Shown: piece after piece, positions 19,637-29,442 of the stretch
Layout: each line of letters opens with the position of its first letter
How positions within the stretch are numbered: position 1 is the first letter of the stretch
Assembly: GCA_900544965.1 (NCBI GenBank)
Contig: UQXE01000003.1
Coordinates: 15,120-79,119 of the forward strand
DNA length: 64,000 bases
Direction of reading: 5' to 3'
From: an uncultured Eubacteriales bacterium
GTDB lineage: Bacteria; Bacillota; Clostridia; Christensenellales; CAG-138
The notes under the pieces: model-generated
Databases searched by the model: none
What the model saw: only the letters and a program-made list of their open reading frames with translations
Told to the model about the DNA's origin: nothing
Translations under genes and position numbers: made by a program

Positions 19637-21463
19637 TCACTCCACCGTTACCGATTTTGCGAGATTTCTCGGCTTATCAATATCGCAGCCTTTTAAGGAC
19701 GCTACATAGTAGGCGAAAAGCTGAAGCGGTATTATCGTGAGCGACGGCAGCGTCATCTGGCCCCAGTCGGGCAGGAATACCGTGTGGTCCGCCGCCTCTG
19801 CCACGGATTTGTCGCATTCTCTGCAAAGGGCTATCACCACCGCGCCCCTTGCCCTGACCTCCCTTATGTTCGACAGCATCTTTTCCACAAGCGGCGCATA
19901 GGTACACAGCGCTACCACAAGCGTGCCGTCCTCAATGAGTGAAATGGTGCCGTGCTTGAGTTCGCCGGCCGCGTACGCCTCGGAGTGTATATAGGATATC
20001 TCCTTTAATTTTAGCGATCCCTCCAGGGCAAGGGCATAATCTATATTTCTGCCGATAAAGAAGATATCCTTGCTGTTGAAATACAGCGACGCAAGGTACT
20101 GAATCTGCTCACGGTTGCTCAGCAAAGCCTGCACGGCGTCAGGCAGCGCGTTGAACTGCATTATTGCGCCGTTGAGAACATCCTGGTCAAGCGTGCCTTT
20201 GCACTTAGAAATATGCAGCGCAAGAAAATACAATACGAGTATCTGCGCGGAGTACGCCTTTGTCGTCGCCACGGCGATTTCAGGACCGGCGCGGGTGTAG
20301 AGAACGTCTTCGCTCTCCATGGCAATCGTGCTCCCTACGACATTAACTATTGAGATTACGCGCGCCCCGTGCGAACGCGCCTCTCTCAAGGCGTAAAGCG
20401 TATCAAGGGTTTCGCCGGACTGGCTTATCACTATGGCAAGCGTTTTTCCGGTGATAAAATGTTTGCTGTAACGAAACTCGCTCGCCAGCTCTACCGATAC
20501 CGGCACGCCCGCAAGCCGCTCAATCAGCGGACGGCCTACAGCGCCCGCATGATAGGCCGAGCCGCACGCTACAATATATACGCGGTCGATATCCCTCAGG
20601 TCGTCGTCCGTTATATTTTCCAGGGGCAGCGCTATGTCGCCCTCTCGTATGCATGACGACGAGGTGCTTTTGATAACATCGGGCTGCTCAAGTATTTCCT
20701 TCATCATGAAGTGCTCATGACCGCCCTTCTCGGCCGCCTTGACGTCCCAGGTAACGTGCTGGATTTCCTTTTCAATCAGCTCCTCATATTCATTATATAC
20801 CTCTATATGGTCAGCCTCTATAACCGCAATCTCGCCTTCGCTCATTCTGAATATGCGGCGTGTATATTTGAGCATGGCGGTTACATCTGAAGCAATCAGG
20901 TTTTCTCCCTCCCCAATGCCTACTATCAGCGGGCTATCCTTGGTAAGCGCAATCATCCGGTCAGGAAAATCGCTGAACAGTATGCCCAGGGCGTATGAGC
21001 CCTCAAGATGCCTTACCGCCTTATGAACCGCTGATAACGGATCGCCCGCGTAAAAGAAGTCCACCAGCTGTGAGATTATCTCGGTATCGGTATCTGACGC
21101 AAACGTATAGCCATGCTGCTCAAGAAATTGCTTAAGCTCAATATAGTTCTCTATAATCCCGTTGTGCACCACGGCCACCCTGCCGCTGCCCGAAAGATGC
21201 GGATGCGAGTTTATATCCGAAGGCTCCCCATGCGTTGCCCATCTTGTATGGCCTATCCCGGCCGTCCCCTTCATCAACGCGCCGTTTTGGGTTAACTCGC
21301 GCAGCGCGTTCAGCCGTCCTCTTGATTTTGCGACGTCAAGGCCGTCCTCCGTAACAAGCGCAAGGCCGGCTGAGTCATAGCCCCGGTATTCAAGCTTTTC
21401 AAGCGCGTCAATGAGTATTGGCGCGGCGGCGCTTCCGCCAACGTATCCAACAATTCCGCACAT
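19637..21463 (-). CDS. glmS: Glutamine--fructose-6-phosphate aminotransferase
   Basis: 608 aa. N-terminal MCGIVGYVG (Cys nucleophile), two SIS domains, C-terminal KSVTVE. Confidence 0.95.
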   Translation of the reverse strand: MCGIVGYVGGSAAAPILIDALEKLEYRGYDSAGLALVTEDGLDVAKSRGRLNALRELTQNGALMKGTAGIGHTRWATHGEPSDINSHPHLSGSGRVAVVHNGIIENYIELKQFLEQHGYTFASDTDTEIISQLVDFFYAGDPLSAVHKAVRHLEGSYALGILFSDFPDRMIALTKDSPLIVGIGEGENLIASDVTAMLKYTRRIFRMSEGEIAVIEADHIEVYNEYEELIEKEIQHVTWDVKAAEKGGHEHFMMKEILEQPDVIKSTSSSCIREGDIALPLENITDDDLRDIDRVYIVACGSAYHAGAVGRPLIERLAGVPVSVELASEFRYSKHFITGKTLAIVISQSGETLDTLYALREARSHGARVISIVNVVGSTIAMESEDVLYTRAGPEIAVATTKAYSAQILVLYFLALHISKCKGTLDQDVLNGAIMQFNALPDAVQALLSNREQIQYLASLYFNSKDIFFIGRNIDYALALEGSLKLKEISYIHSEAYAAGELKHGTISLIEDGTLVVALCTYAPLVEKMLSNIREVRARGAVVIALCRECDKSVAEAADHTVFLPDWGQMTLPSLTIIPLQLFAYYVASLKGCDIDKPRNLAKSVTVE

Positions 21464-21794
21464 AGCAACTCCTTTCGGTCAATGGACGGCGGACATAATC
21501 CACCGATTTTATTTCTAAGAACTGATTATACTATTTATATGCGAAAGTATAAAGTGAAATGTTTATGAACCTTGGCTTTCACAACTTCATCGACCTGGCA
21601 TGCGCATATATATAACGCCCGTATGCTTAGCCTATGCTGAACGGCCATAGGATCGACATTTGGCCCGCTCTTATTTGACAAAGCGTTGCATAGCCGAGTC
21701 GTTTTTGAGGGGAGCCGGTCGGTTAGTTCTTGCTGATTATTATGGGTTAGCGTACAATATAGCTATCAGTTTTGAGTAAAGGGGGATTTGAGGG

Positions 21795-22589
21795 ATGAAG
21801 GACGCGTTATTATGGGCAGCCGCAGGCACCGGCTTTACATTTTTGATGACCTCGCTTGGGGCGTCGGTGGTGTTTTTATTCCGTAAGAGGATCAATGAAA
21901 ATATACAGCGCATCTTTCTGGGATTTGCCGCCGGGGTGATGATCGCCGCGTCGGTATGGAGCCTTCTTATACCCGCTATAGAGGAAGCGGAGGCCTCTGG
22001 TATACCCGGCTTTCTTCCGGCTGCAGGCGGATTTATTTTGGGCGTAGGATTTTTGATGCTTATGGATTCGCTTTTGCCCCACCTCCACCTTACGGCAAAT
22101 AGGACCGAGGGCCTGCCGGCCTCATGGAAGCGCACAACGCTGCTTGTAACCGCCGTTACCCTGCATAACATTCCTGAGGGCATGGCCGTAGGCTTATCGT
22201 TCGCGCTGGCAGCCCAGGGCGGCTCGGAGCCGGCGCTCTTCGCTTCGGCACTGGCGCTGGCATTGGGAATTGGAATACAAAATTTCCCCGAGGGCGCCGC
22301 CATATCGCTGCCGCTCAGGCAGGAGGGCATGCCTGCGGGAAGGGCGTTTGCCTGCGGAAGCCTGTCCGGAGCAGTGGAGCCCATATTCGGCGTTATAGTA
22401 GTGCTGCTCGCCTCAAGCGTAAGGCCCCTGATGCCCTGGCTGCTCTCCTTTGCAGCGGGCGCGATGATGTATGTGGTGGTTGAGGAACTAATACCGGAAG
22501 CCCGCCTTGGCAATCACTCCAATACTGGAACGCTGGGCGTTATGGCTGGATTTTTGATAATGATGATACTGGATGTAGCCTTGGGCTGA
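21795..22589 (+). CDS. ZIP-family divalent metal (zinc) transporter
   Basis: 264-aa polytopic protein with the paired motifs HNIPEGMAVG and QNFPEGAAIS. Confidence 0.85.
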   Translation: MKDALLWAAAGTGFTFLMTSLGASVVFLFRKRINENIQRIFLGFAAGVMIAASVWSLLIPAIEEAEASGIPGFLPAAGGFILGVGFLMLMDSLLPHLHLTANRTEGLPASWKRTTLLVTAVTLHNIPEGMAVGLSFALAAQGGSEPALFASALALALGIGIQNFPEGAAISLPLRQEGMPAGRAFACGSLSGAVEPIFGVIVVLLASSVRPLMPWLLSFAAGAMMYVVVEELIPEARLGNHSNTGTLGVMAGFLIMMILDVALG

Positions 22590-22612
22590 TAAATCACTTT
22601 TATAAAGCGTTT

Positions 22613-22648
22613 AAAGGCGCGGCGTTATTGTGATTGACCCGCGCCTTT
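22613..22648. terminator. Bidirectional hairpin terminator
   Basis: AAAGGCGCGG / CCGCGCCTTT 10-bp stem with a 16-nt loop, between convergent genes. Confidence 0.55.
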
Positions 22649-22695
22649 AAGCAGTATCCGCCCCGCCGCGGCCGGCGCGTTTGGCTTGACCGCCT

Positions 22696-23949
22696 TCAGC
22701 TCAGCGCGGCCTGCGCGTTTGCCAGCATCAGCTTTATACGGTTCTCCTGATTTATTGCCGACGCGCCCGCGTCATAGTCTATCGCCACTATGTTCGCGTC
22801 GGGATGCCTTTCCTTTATCGGCTTCATCATCCCCTTCCCCACTATATGATTCGGCAGACATCCAAACGGCTGCGTGCATATGATATTATTAACCCCCTGC
22901 TTGATAAGCTCCAGCATTTCGGCCGTAAGCAGCCAGCCCTCCCCCATCTTTGCCCCAAGTCCAATATACTCCTCCGCCAGCTTGGGCGCGTTTTGAAATG
23001 ATGAGGGCGGGTCAAACGTCCCCTCCCGCGTTATCATGTCAATGATATCGTTTTGCTTCTTTACCAGGAAATTGTGCGCGAACCTTGAAAAAAACGCCTT
23101 TATCTTCTTTATTCCATACAGCTTGTTCTCAATTATGCTCCCGTCGACGCAGTACAGGCAAAAGTCCAAAAGCCCTGGAACCACTACTTCGGCGCCCTCA
23201 GAAACCAGGAAATCCTCTAGGTTATTGTTGCCAAGCGGCGAATATTTCACAAAAATCTCGCCTACCACGCCTACCTTTGCCCTTCGTTCGTTTCTTCTCG
23301 GGATTGAAGCAAAACCGCGGATTATATCCATATAGTTTTGCTTTATCCGGCGGTAGCTTAACACCCTTACCTCCCTCATGCCGTCGGTGAGTCTCCTAGT
23401 CCATTCCTCCGTAAGCCTGTCGCTGTCGCCGGGGTTTAGCTCATATGGCCTGCACTGGTTTTTAAGCGCCATGATAAGGTCGCCGTAGGTGACCGCATAG
23501 AGCATCCTGTGCAGCATAGACAGGGTAAGCTTGAAGCCTGGATTTCTTTCCATGCCAAGAACGTTAAAGGATATAACCGGCACAAAGCCGTATCCAGCCC
23601 TTTCCAGCGCCTTTCTCAATAGAAAAATATAGTTTGAAGCCCTGCACCCCCCGCCGGTCTGCGAAATCAGCAGGGCCGTTTTACGCGGGTCGTACGCGCC
23701 GCTTTCAAGCGCGTCTATCATCTGCCCTATAACGAGCAGGGCGGGATAGCACGAATCATTATGAACATATTTAAGGCCCTTATCGGTCACTCCCCTGCCG
23801 CTGTTTTCTAGAAGATCCGCCTTATAGCCATAGGCGTTTAGAATGTTTATGACCATCCTAAAATGAAACGGAAGCATCGTGGGCACGAGGATCGTGTACT
23901 CCTTCTTCATGGCTCTTGTAAATATAACGCGTTCGCTCCTGTTTTTCAT
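22696..23949 (-). CDS. Acyl-CoA dehydratase activase-related protein (2-hydroxyacyl-CoA dehydratase-like domain)
   Basis: 417 aa. It lies immediately downstream of the activase gene and overlaps it. The sequence type (FTRAMKKEYTILVPTMLP ...) is the one found fused to the C-terminus of long activase proteins. Confidence 0.75.
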   Translation of the reverse strand: MKNRSERVIFTRAMKKEYTILVPTMLPFHFRMVINILNAYGYKADLLENSGRGVTDKGLKYVHNDSCYPALLVIGQMIDALESGAYDPRKTALLISQTGGGCRASNYIFLLRKALERAGYGFVPVISFNVLGMERNPGFKLTLSMLHRMLYAVTYGDLIMALKNQCRPYELNPGDSDRLTEEWTRRLTDGMREVRVLSYRRIKQNYMDIIRGFASIPRRNERRAKVGVVGEIFVKYSPLGNNNLEDFLVSEGAEVVVPGLLDFCLYCVDGSIIENKLYGIKKIKAFFSRFAHNFLVKKQNDIIDMITREGTFDPPSSFQNAPKLAEEYIGLGAKMGEGWLLTAEMLELIKQGVNNIICTQPFGCLPNHIVGKGMMKPIKERHPDANIVAIDYDAGASAINQENRIKLMLANAQAALS

Positions 23950-26929
23950 TTGCGCTTTCCCTTTCTTCCAGCGCGCCTATAAGGCTGCGCAGCCGGATTT
24001 TTACCGCTCCCAGGTTTGTTATCTCATCGATCTTGATCTGAGTATACAGCTTGCCGCTACCTTCAAGGATGGACCTTACCTCATCGGTCGTAACCGCGTC
24101 TATACCGCACCCAAACGACACCAGCTGCACCAGCTCGCAGTCGCTCCTGCCCGCCGCAAACCTGGCCGCGCGGTACAGCCGCGAATGATAGGTCCACTGG
24201 TTGAGGACGTCCACCCTGGCCGGCTTGGCAAGGCGGCGCACGCTGTCCTCGCTGACAACCACAAACCCAAGCGACGCGGCAAGCCTGTCGATCCCATGGC
24301 ATATTTCGGGATCCGCGTGATACGGCCTGCCTGCGAGGATCATTATACGCTTTTTATGGGATTGGGCAAACCTGACAGCCCTCTCTCCCTCGGCGCATAT
24401 ATCATCCATCCATGCTTTATAGGCCCAAAAGCCCGCGCTTACCGCTCTTGCCGCCTGCTGTCTGGTTATATTTATGCCAAGCTGATCTCTAAATAGGAGG
24501 CGCAGCTCCTTTGAAAGTTCCCTCCGGTTGTTAATATTTAAATATGGGAACAGGAACCTGACGTTTTTCAGCGATTCCATATTCGCGTTTAGAAGCTCCG
24601 GATAGTATGCTACCACCGGACAGTTGTAATGGTTGGTTCCGGTCCTTTCATTCACATTATAGGTGAGGCAGGGATAGAATATTGCGTCCACGCCGCGCTC
24701 AATCAGGGTTTCTATATGACCGTGCATGAGTTTTGCGGGATAACAGGCCGTATCCGATGGTATGCTGAACTGGCCCTTTGAATATATTTCCCTGCTGGAC
24801 ATTCCCGAAAATACGACGCTGAAACCAAGCTCTTCAAATATCCCGTGCCAAAGCGGGGCAAGCTCATACATGCCCAGGGCAAGCGGTATGCCGATAACCC
24901 CTCTTTCTCCGTCCCCTGGCTTGAGCGAGCCAAGCTTATCACGCTTGAATTGGTACAGGTTCGGCATGGGGCCTAAGTCGCCTTCATCCGCGGTTTCACC
25001 CGCGCCTTTTGCGCATTGGTTACCGGAAATATACCGCTCTAAACCGTTGAATATGTTTACCGTAAGCTTGCAGCGGTTTGTGCATCCTGCGCATACCCCC
25101 GCCTTTGCGGCGTGGGTAAAGTTCCGCAGTTTATCCCTGTCAAGCAGCGACGTTTTTCCAAGCCCCAGCGACCGAGCGTGAAGCGCCGCGCCGTAAGCGC
25201 CCATCAGCCCCGCGATTTCGGGACGTACCACATTCCGCCCAAGCTCAAGCTCAAAGCACCTCAGCACAGCGTCGCTTAGGAAAGTCCCGCCCTGAACAAC
25301 GATGTTTTCCCCAAGCTCATCAGCCGAATTAGCCCTTATAACCTTATATATCGCGTTTTTAACCACGCTTCTTGACAATCCCGCCGATATGTCCCCGACG
25401 CCAGCGCCATCCTTTTGGGCCTGCTTTACCGACGAATTCATAAATACCGTACATCTGGAACCAAGATCCACAGGCGCCCGCGCCATAAGGCCCAGCCGCG
25501 AAAATTCGCCTATTTCATAGCCCATGGACCGCGCGAACGTTTCAATAAAGGAGCCGCAGCCCGACGAACAGGCTTCGTTGAGCATTATGCTGTCAATCGA
25601 ATTGTTCCTTACCTTAAAGCATTTTATATCCTGCCCACCTATATCAAGGATGAAATCCACATCGGGGCTGAAATGACGCGCCGCCGTATAGTGCGCCATA
25701 GTCTCCACGACGCCTTCATCAATGTGGAACGCGCGCTTTATAAGCTCCTCGCCATAGCCCGTAACCGCGCTTCCCGCTATTTGAATATCATCCCCGCACA
25801 GCTCATAAACGCGTTCAAGCTGGGACTTTACAATGTCAACCGGCGTCCCCCTGTTTGAACCATAATAGGAATGTATCATGCGCCCATCCTCTGAGACCAG
25901 CGCCAGTTTTGTAGTTGTGCTTCCGCAGTCGACGCCCAGATATGCTCTTCCCCTGTATTTTTCCGGCGGCACCGCCGCTACCGTGGACATCGAATGCCGG
26001 CGTTTGAAATCCATATACTCACTTTCACTTCTGAACAAAGGCGCGATGCACCCTTTTCGCCGACTGGTCGCCGCAGCCGTCTCCAGGCCAGCCATAAGCG
26101 CGCCGAACGTATAAGGCTTATCCTGCTTCGAAGCATACAGGGCGGCTCCTATCGCAACGGCGTATAACCCGTAACCAGGGAAAACCGCATCCTTGGTTTT
26201 AAGCTTCAGCGTGTCTACAAAGCGTTCCCTGAGTCCCCTGCTGTAATATAGGGGGCCGCCAAGGAACATTACCTTGCCGTGTATGCTCCTGCCCTGCGCC
26301 AGGCCGGCTATCGTTTGATCAACCACCGCCTGATAGATGCTTGCCGCGACATCCTCCTTGCGCGCGCCCTGATTGAGCAACGGCTGTATATCCGTCTTAG
26401 CGAACACCCCGCAACGCGACGCAATTGGATAGATCCGCTCGTGGCCCATGCTCAGCTCATCAAGCTCCTGGGGGGTTACATCCATAAGCGTAGCCATCTG
26501 ATCTATAAACGCCCCTGTCCCTCCAGCGCAGCTTCCGTTCATCCGTTCGTCAATGGCGCCCTGAAAAAATATGGCCTTCGCATCCTCTCCGCCAAGCTCG
26601 ATTACAACGCTTGTGTCGGGCTCAAGTTCCCTTACGGTTCCCGCTGTGGCGTATACCTCCTGCACAAAGGGTATGCCCGCCGCCCTGGCGACTCCAAGTC
26701 CGGCGGAACCCGAACACGCAACATAGACAGGAACATCTCCAATATATTTCTCGGCGCGCCTCAATAGCTCGGCAGCTTTTTCCCTCACATGCGAGAAGTG
26801 CCGTTCATATAGCTCAAAGGTTATTATACCATCCTGAACAAGAACGATTTTAGCGGTAGTAGAGCCAATATCTATTCCGACAACCGATTTCTTTCCCGTA
26901 TTCAACTTAGAAATCATCATATTTTCCAT
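23858..26929 (-). CDS. Acyl-CoA dehydratase activase-type protein (two BcrAD/BadFG ATPase domains plus a dehydratase-like domain)
   Basis: 1023 aa with two actin-fold ATPase repeats, VGIDIGSTTAKIVL and LGVDCGSTTTKLAL, each followed by GGQD/GGED motifs. Confidence 0.85.
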   Translation of the reverse strand: MENMMISKLNTGKKSVVGIDIGSTTAKIVLVQDGIITFELYERHFSHVREKAAELLRRAEKYIGDVPVYVACSGSAGLGVARAAGIPFVQEVYATAGTVRELEPDTSVVIELGGEDAKAIFFQGAIDERMNGSCAGGTGAFIDQMATLMDVTPQELDELSMGHERIYPIASRCGVFAKTDIQPLLNQGARKEDVAASIYQAVVDQTIAGLAQGRSIHGKVMFLGGPLYYSRGLRERFVDTLKLKTKDAVFPGYGLYAVAIGAALYASKQDKPYTFGALMAGLETAAATSRRKGCIAPLFRSESEYMDFKRRHSMSTVAAVPPEKYRGRAYLGVDCGSTTTKLALVSEDGRMIHSYYGSNRGTPVDIVKSQLERVYELCGDDIQIAGSAVTGYGEELIKRAFHIDEGVVETMAHYTAARHFSPDVDFILDIGGQDIKCFKVRNNSIDSIMLNEACSSGCGSFIETFARSMGYEIGEFSRLGLMARAPVDLGSRCTVFMNSSVKQAQKDGAGVGDISAGLSRSVVKNAIYKVIRANSADELGENIVVQGGTFLSDAVLRCFELELGRNVVRPEIAGLMGAYGAALHARSLGLGKTSLLDRDKLRNFTHAAKAGVCAGCTNRCKLTVNIFNGLERYISGNQCAKGAGETADEGDLGPMPNLYQFKRDKLGSLKPGDGERGVIGIPLALGMYELAPLWHGIFEELGFSVVFSGMSSREIYSKGQFSIPSDTACYPAKLMHGHIETLIERGVDAIFYPCLTYNVNERTGTNHYNCPVVAYYPELLNANMESLKNVRFLFPYLNINNRRELSKELRLLFRDQLGINITRQQAARAVSAGFWAYKAWMDDICAEGERAVRFAQSHKKRIMILAGRPYHADPEICHGIDRLAASLGFVVVSEDSVRRLAKPARVDVLNQWTYHSRLYRAARFAAGRSDCELVQLVSFGCGIDAVTTDEVRSILEGSGKLYTQIKIDEITNLGAVKIRLRSLIGALEERESANEKQERTRYIYKSHEEGVHDPRAHDASVSF

Positions 26930-27175
26930 TTGCTCTCCATTGTACGTTCGCCCGCGCAGCCTGTCAAAACCTTTTTTATTTTATAGGGGCTTTTGGATAT
27001 TAAGACCTAGCACAGACGCGTCGCGGACAATGCCCTTATATTGCAAAAAGCCCTAAATTGCGAACATATTAAGGATAACAATCATCATTTTTTTAATCAA
27101 GCAATAAATTAAGGCAAATGTGAACATTGGGGCCCCATGTTAAGCAAGGATAACTTTCGCGGTCCCAAAATAAAT

Positions 27176-27208
27176 AAGGCCGCGGAGAGCAGTCCGCAGC
27201 CTTATTTT
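27176..27208. terminator. Hairpin terminator downstream of the dockerin gene array
   Basis: AAGGCCGCGGA gagcag TCCGCAGCCTT (one mismatch) flanked by A/T runs, about 60 nt below the stop at 27267. Confidence 0.55.
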
Positions 27209-27266
27209 CCGTTTTAGCGACCGGTTTTTAGCCCGATGAACCCGCTTGGGAGAGATTCAGGCCGCT

Positions 27267-27764
27267 TTATGATATATAATCCAGTATGGCCAATACGTCG
27301 TTTGTATCCACCACTCCGTCCCAGTTGCAGTCGGCAAGTATCAGCGCCAGCTCAGTATCGCTCGCAAGGCCGTTGCAATAGCGCAGGAGCAGGTTTGCGT
27401 CGCTTGCGCTTATCACCCCGTCAAGGTTCACGTCGCCTATATAAACCGGAACTGCTAATATAGCATGCGGTGGTAGAGACGGAGCTTCCAGAAGCTCGAT
27501 TGCGTCACTGATATCGATTACGCCGTCACCGTTAGCATCGGCAATGTTCTTATGCAGATCAGAGATAAGATCAAAGTCTCCGCGAACATATTTTAGGATA
27601 TACAGCGCGTCGCCGCTGTTTACTCTTCCGTCCAGATTCGCGTCTCCCTGCGAAATATAATCTCTGCCAAAGGAATAGGGTTCGGCAGCGTTCGATACCG
27701 GGATAATTGATATAAACAATGCGATAGCAAGGGCTAAGGTTAATAAAACCCTGGCTTTTTTCAT
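27267..27764 (-). CDS. Secreted double-dockerin protein, paralog 1
   Basis: 165 aa. AGGAGG RBS. Signal peptide MKKARVLLTLALAIALFISIIPVSNA. Four D-x-N-x-D-G loops: GDANLDGRVNSGD, ADANGDGVIDISD, GDVNLDGVISASD, ADCNWDGVVDTND. Confidence 0.85.
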   Translation of the reverse strand: MKKARVLLTLALAIALFISIIPVSNAAEPYSFGRDYISQGDANLDGRVNSGDALYILKYVRGDFDLISDLHKNIADANGDGVIDISDAIELLEAPSLPPHAILAVPVYIGDVNLDGVISASDANLLLRYCNGLASDTELALILADCNWDGVVDTNDVLAILDYIS

Positions 27765-27806
27765 GTTAAACGTCCTCCTTGCTCAAAATTTAGCTCGTTA
27801 GCTTAA

Positions 27807-28289
27807 TTATGACAGAAAATCCAGTATGACCAATACGTCGTCTGTATCCACCGCTCCGTCCCCGTTGCAGTCGGCAAGTATAAGCGCCAGCCCTGCGTCA
27901 CCGACAAGACCGTTGCAATAGCGCAGGAGCAGGTTTGCGTCCTCCACCGTTATGCTGTTGTCCAGGTTTACGTCGCCTATGGCCAAGGTTACTCTATATG
28001 TCCTGAACGTTTTATCACCAAGGATCAGGATGGCGTCGTCGATATTTACACTTCCATCCAGATTTGCGTCAGCAAACGCCATGTGACCTTGCGATATCAT
28101 ATCAAAGTCGCCCCTTAGATACTTGAGAATAAACAGTGCGTCATCGGAATTTATCTTTCCATCCAGATTGGCGTCGCCAGTATACAAATACGTTGAGCCA
28201 AAGGGATAGATTGTAATAGCGTTTGATATTACAGGTACCGATAACGCTATGCACAGCAAAATCGCTAAAATTATTCTTACTCTTTTCAT
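27807..28289 (-). CDS. Secreted double-dockerin protein, paralog 2
   Basis: Start chosen at MKRVRIIL (GGGAG lies 9 nt upstream; ATGs at 28295 and 28307 are alternatives). Same architecture: GDANLDGKINSDD, ADANLDGSVNIDD, GDVNLDNSITVED, ADCNGDGAVDTDD. Confidence 0.8.
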   Translation of the reverse strand: MKRVRIILAILLCIALSVPVISNAITIYPFGSTYLYTGDANLDGKINSDDALFILKYLRGDFDMISQGHMAFADANLDGSVNIDDAILILGDKTFRTYRVTLAIGDVNLDNSITVEDANLLLRYCNGLVGDAGLALILADCNGDGAVDTDDVLVILDFLS

Positions 28290-28322
28290 CTTCATGTTCT
28301 CCCGCAAATTATCTTGCTGTTT

Positions 28323-28817
28323 TTATGACAGATAATCCAGTATGGCCAATACGTCGTTAGTATCAACCGCTCCATCCCTATTGCAATCGGCCAGACAAAG
28401 CGCAAGCGCTGTTCCCGCGACAGAGCCGTTGCAATATCTCAAAAGCAGGTTAGCGTCGCTTGCGTTTATCACCCCGTCAAGGTTTACGTCGCCTATAAGA
28501 TAGGCTCTAAGGAATGGATTCGTTACTCCATTCTCAAGTATCAGTATAGCGTCGTCAATATCCACCGTTCCATCGCCGGTTACGTCGGCTATTTGGGCAT
28601 GAGCGCTTGAGATGAACTGCAAATCCCCCCTGATATACTTGAGAATATATAGGGCGTCGTCACCGTTTACGTATCCGTCAAAGTTAACGTCACCTCTGTA
28701 TATTACCATCAAGCCAAACGGGCTTGATGAGCTGTTTGCGCTTGAAATGGGCGCAAACGCCAGCACCATGAGACACGCCATCATCAATGCTAATATAAAT
28801 CTAAGCTTTCTAAACAT
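28323..28817 (-). CDS. Secreted double-dockerin protein, paralog 3
   Basis: Start at MFRKLRF (GGAGG lies 8 nt upstream). Loops: GDVNFDGYVNGDD, ADVTGDGTVDIDD, GDVNLDGVINASD, ADCNRDGAVDTND. Confidence 0.8.
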   Translation of the reverse strand: MFRKLRFILALMMACLMVLAFAPISSANSSSSPFGLMVIYRGDVNFDGYVNGDDALYILKYIRGDLQFISSAHAQIADVTGDGTVDIDDAILILENGVTNPFLRAYLIGDVNLDGVINASDANLLLRYCNGSVAGTALALCLADCNRDGAVDTNDVLAILDYLS

Positions 28818-28921
28818 ATTTGTTACCTCCATTATTAATTATACCTGGTATGCATCTTTAACTGTTCGGCCAGCTGCGCACGCACCGGCACTTTTTAAGG
28901 TTGGTTCATCGTACGGCTTGG

Positions 28922-29428
28922 TTAAGACGACAGGTAGTCCAGTATGGCCAGAACGTCGTTTATGTCTATAACGCCGTCCGCATTGCAGTCGGCAAGCGTT
29001 ATGGCAAAGTTCCCCCGCCAGCTTGCTTGTCCGTTTAAATTCGACAAAAGTAGATTCGCATCCTTTGCGTCAATTATTCCGTCAAGGTTTACATCCCCGA
29101 TACGGTAAGCTGTGCGGTATCTTTGAATTACTCCCTCTTCAAGAATGAGAACGGCGTCGTCGATATCGATTACGCCATCCCAGTTTGCGTCAGCGATGGA
29201 GCGGTGCGTATCCGAAATGAACCTTCCGCTCCCGCTTAGATAATTGAGAATAAAAAGCGCGTCGTCATCGTCTATCACTCCGTCAAGGTTAGCGTCGCCC
29301 TTGTATATCATCTTTGTGCCAAACGGGGCCGTTACGCCCTGGGCGGCTGCTCCGGAATAGGGTATGATGTACAGCACCGCCAGCAAGCACATTGCCAAAG
29401 CTATTATAATTCGTGGTTTTCTAATCAT
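28922..29428 (-). CDS. Secreted double-dockerin protein, paralog 4
   Basis: 168 aa with a signal peptide. Loops: GDANLDGVIDDDD, ADANWDGVIDIDD, GDVNLDGIIDAKD, ADCNADGVIDIND. Confidence 0.8.
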   Translation of the reverse strand: MIRKPRIIIALAMCLLAVLYIIPYSGAAAQGVTAPFGTKMIYKGDANLDGVIDDDDALFILNYLSGSGRFISDTHRSIADANWDGVIDIDDAVLILEEGVIQRYRTAYRIGDVNLDGIIDAKDANLLLSNLNGQASWRGNFAITLADCNADGVIDINDVLAILDYLSS

Positions 29429-29442
29429 CTTCTCCCCCTGTT

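Noticed and set aside
21464-21740. Possible glmS ribozyme in the 5' leader of glmS, as in many Firmicutes.
   Set aside because: I reverse-complemented the leader and did not find the conserved core elements (AGCGCCAGAACU-type P1 and the GACGAGG segment). An Rfam RF00234 scan would be decisive.
21740-22513. 257-aa minus-strand ORF fully antisense to the ZIP transporter gene.
   Set aside because: Its composition is low-complexity Ala/Ser/Pro-rich, typical of antisense frames in GC-rich genes. The plus-strand ORF carries the clear ZIP motifs.
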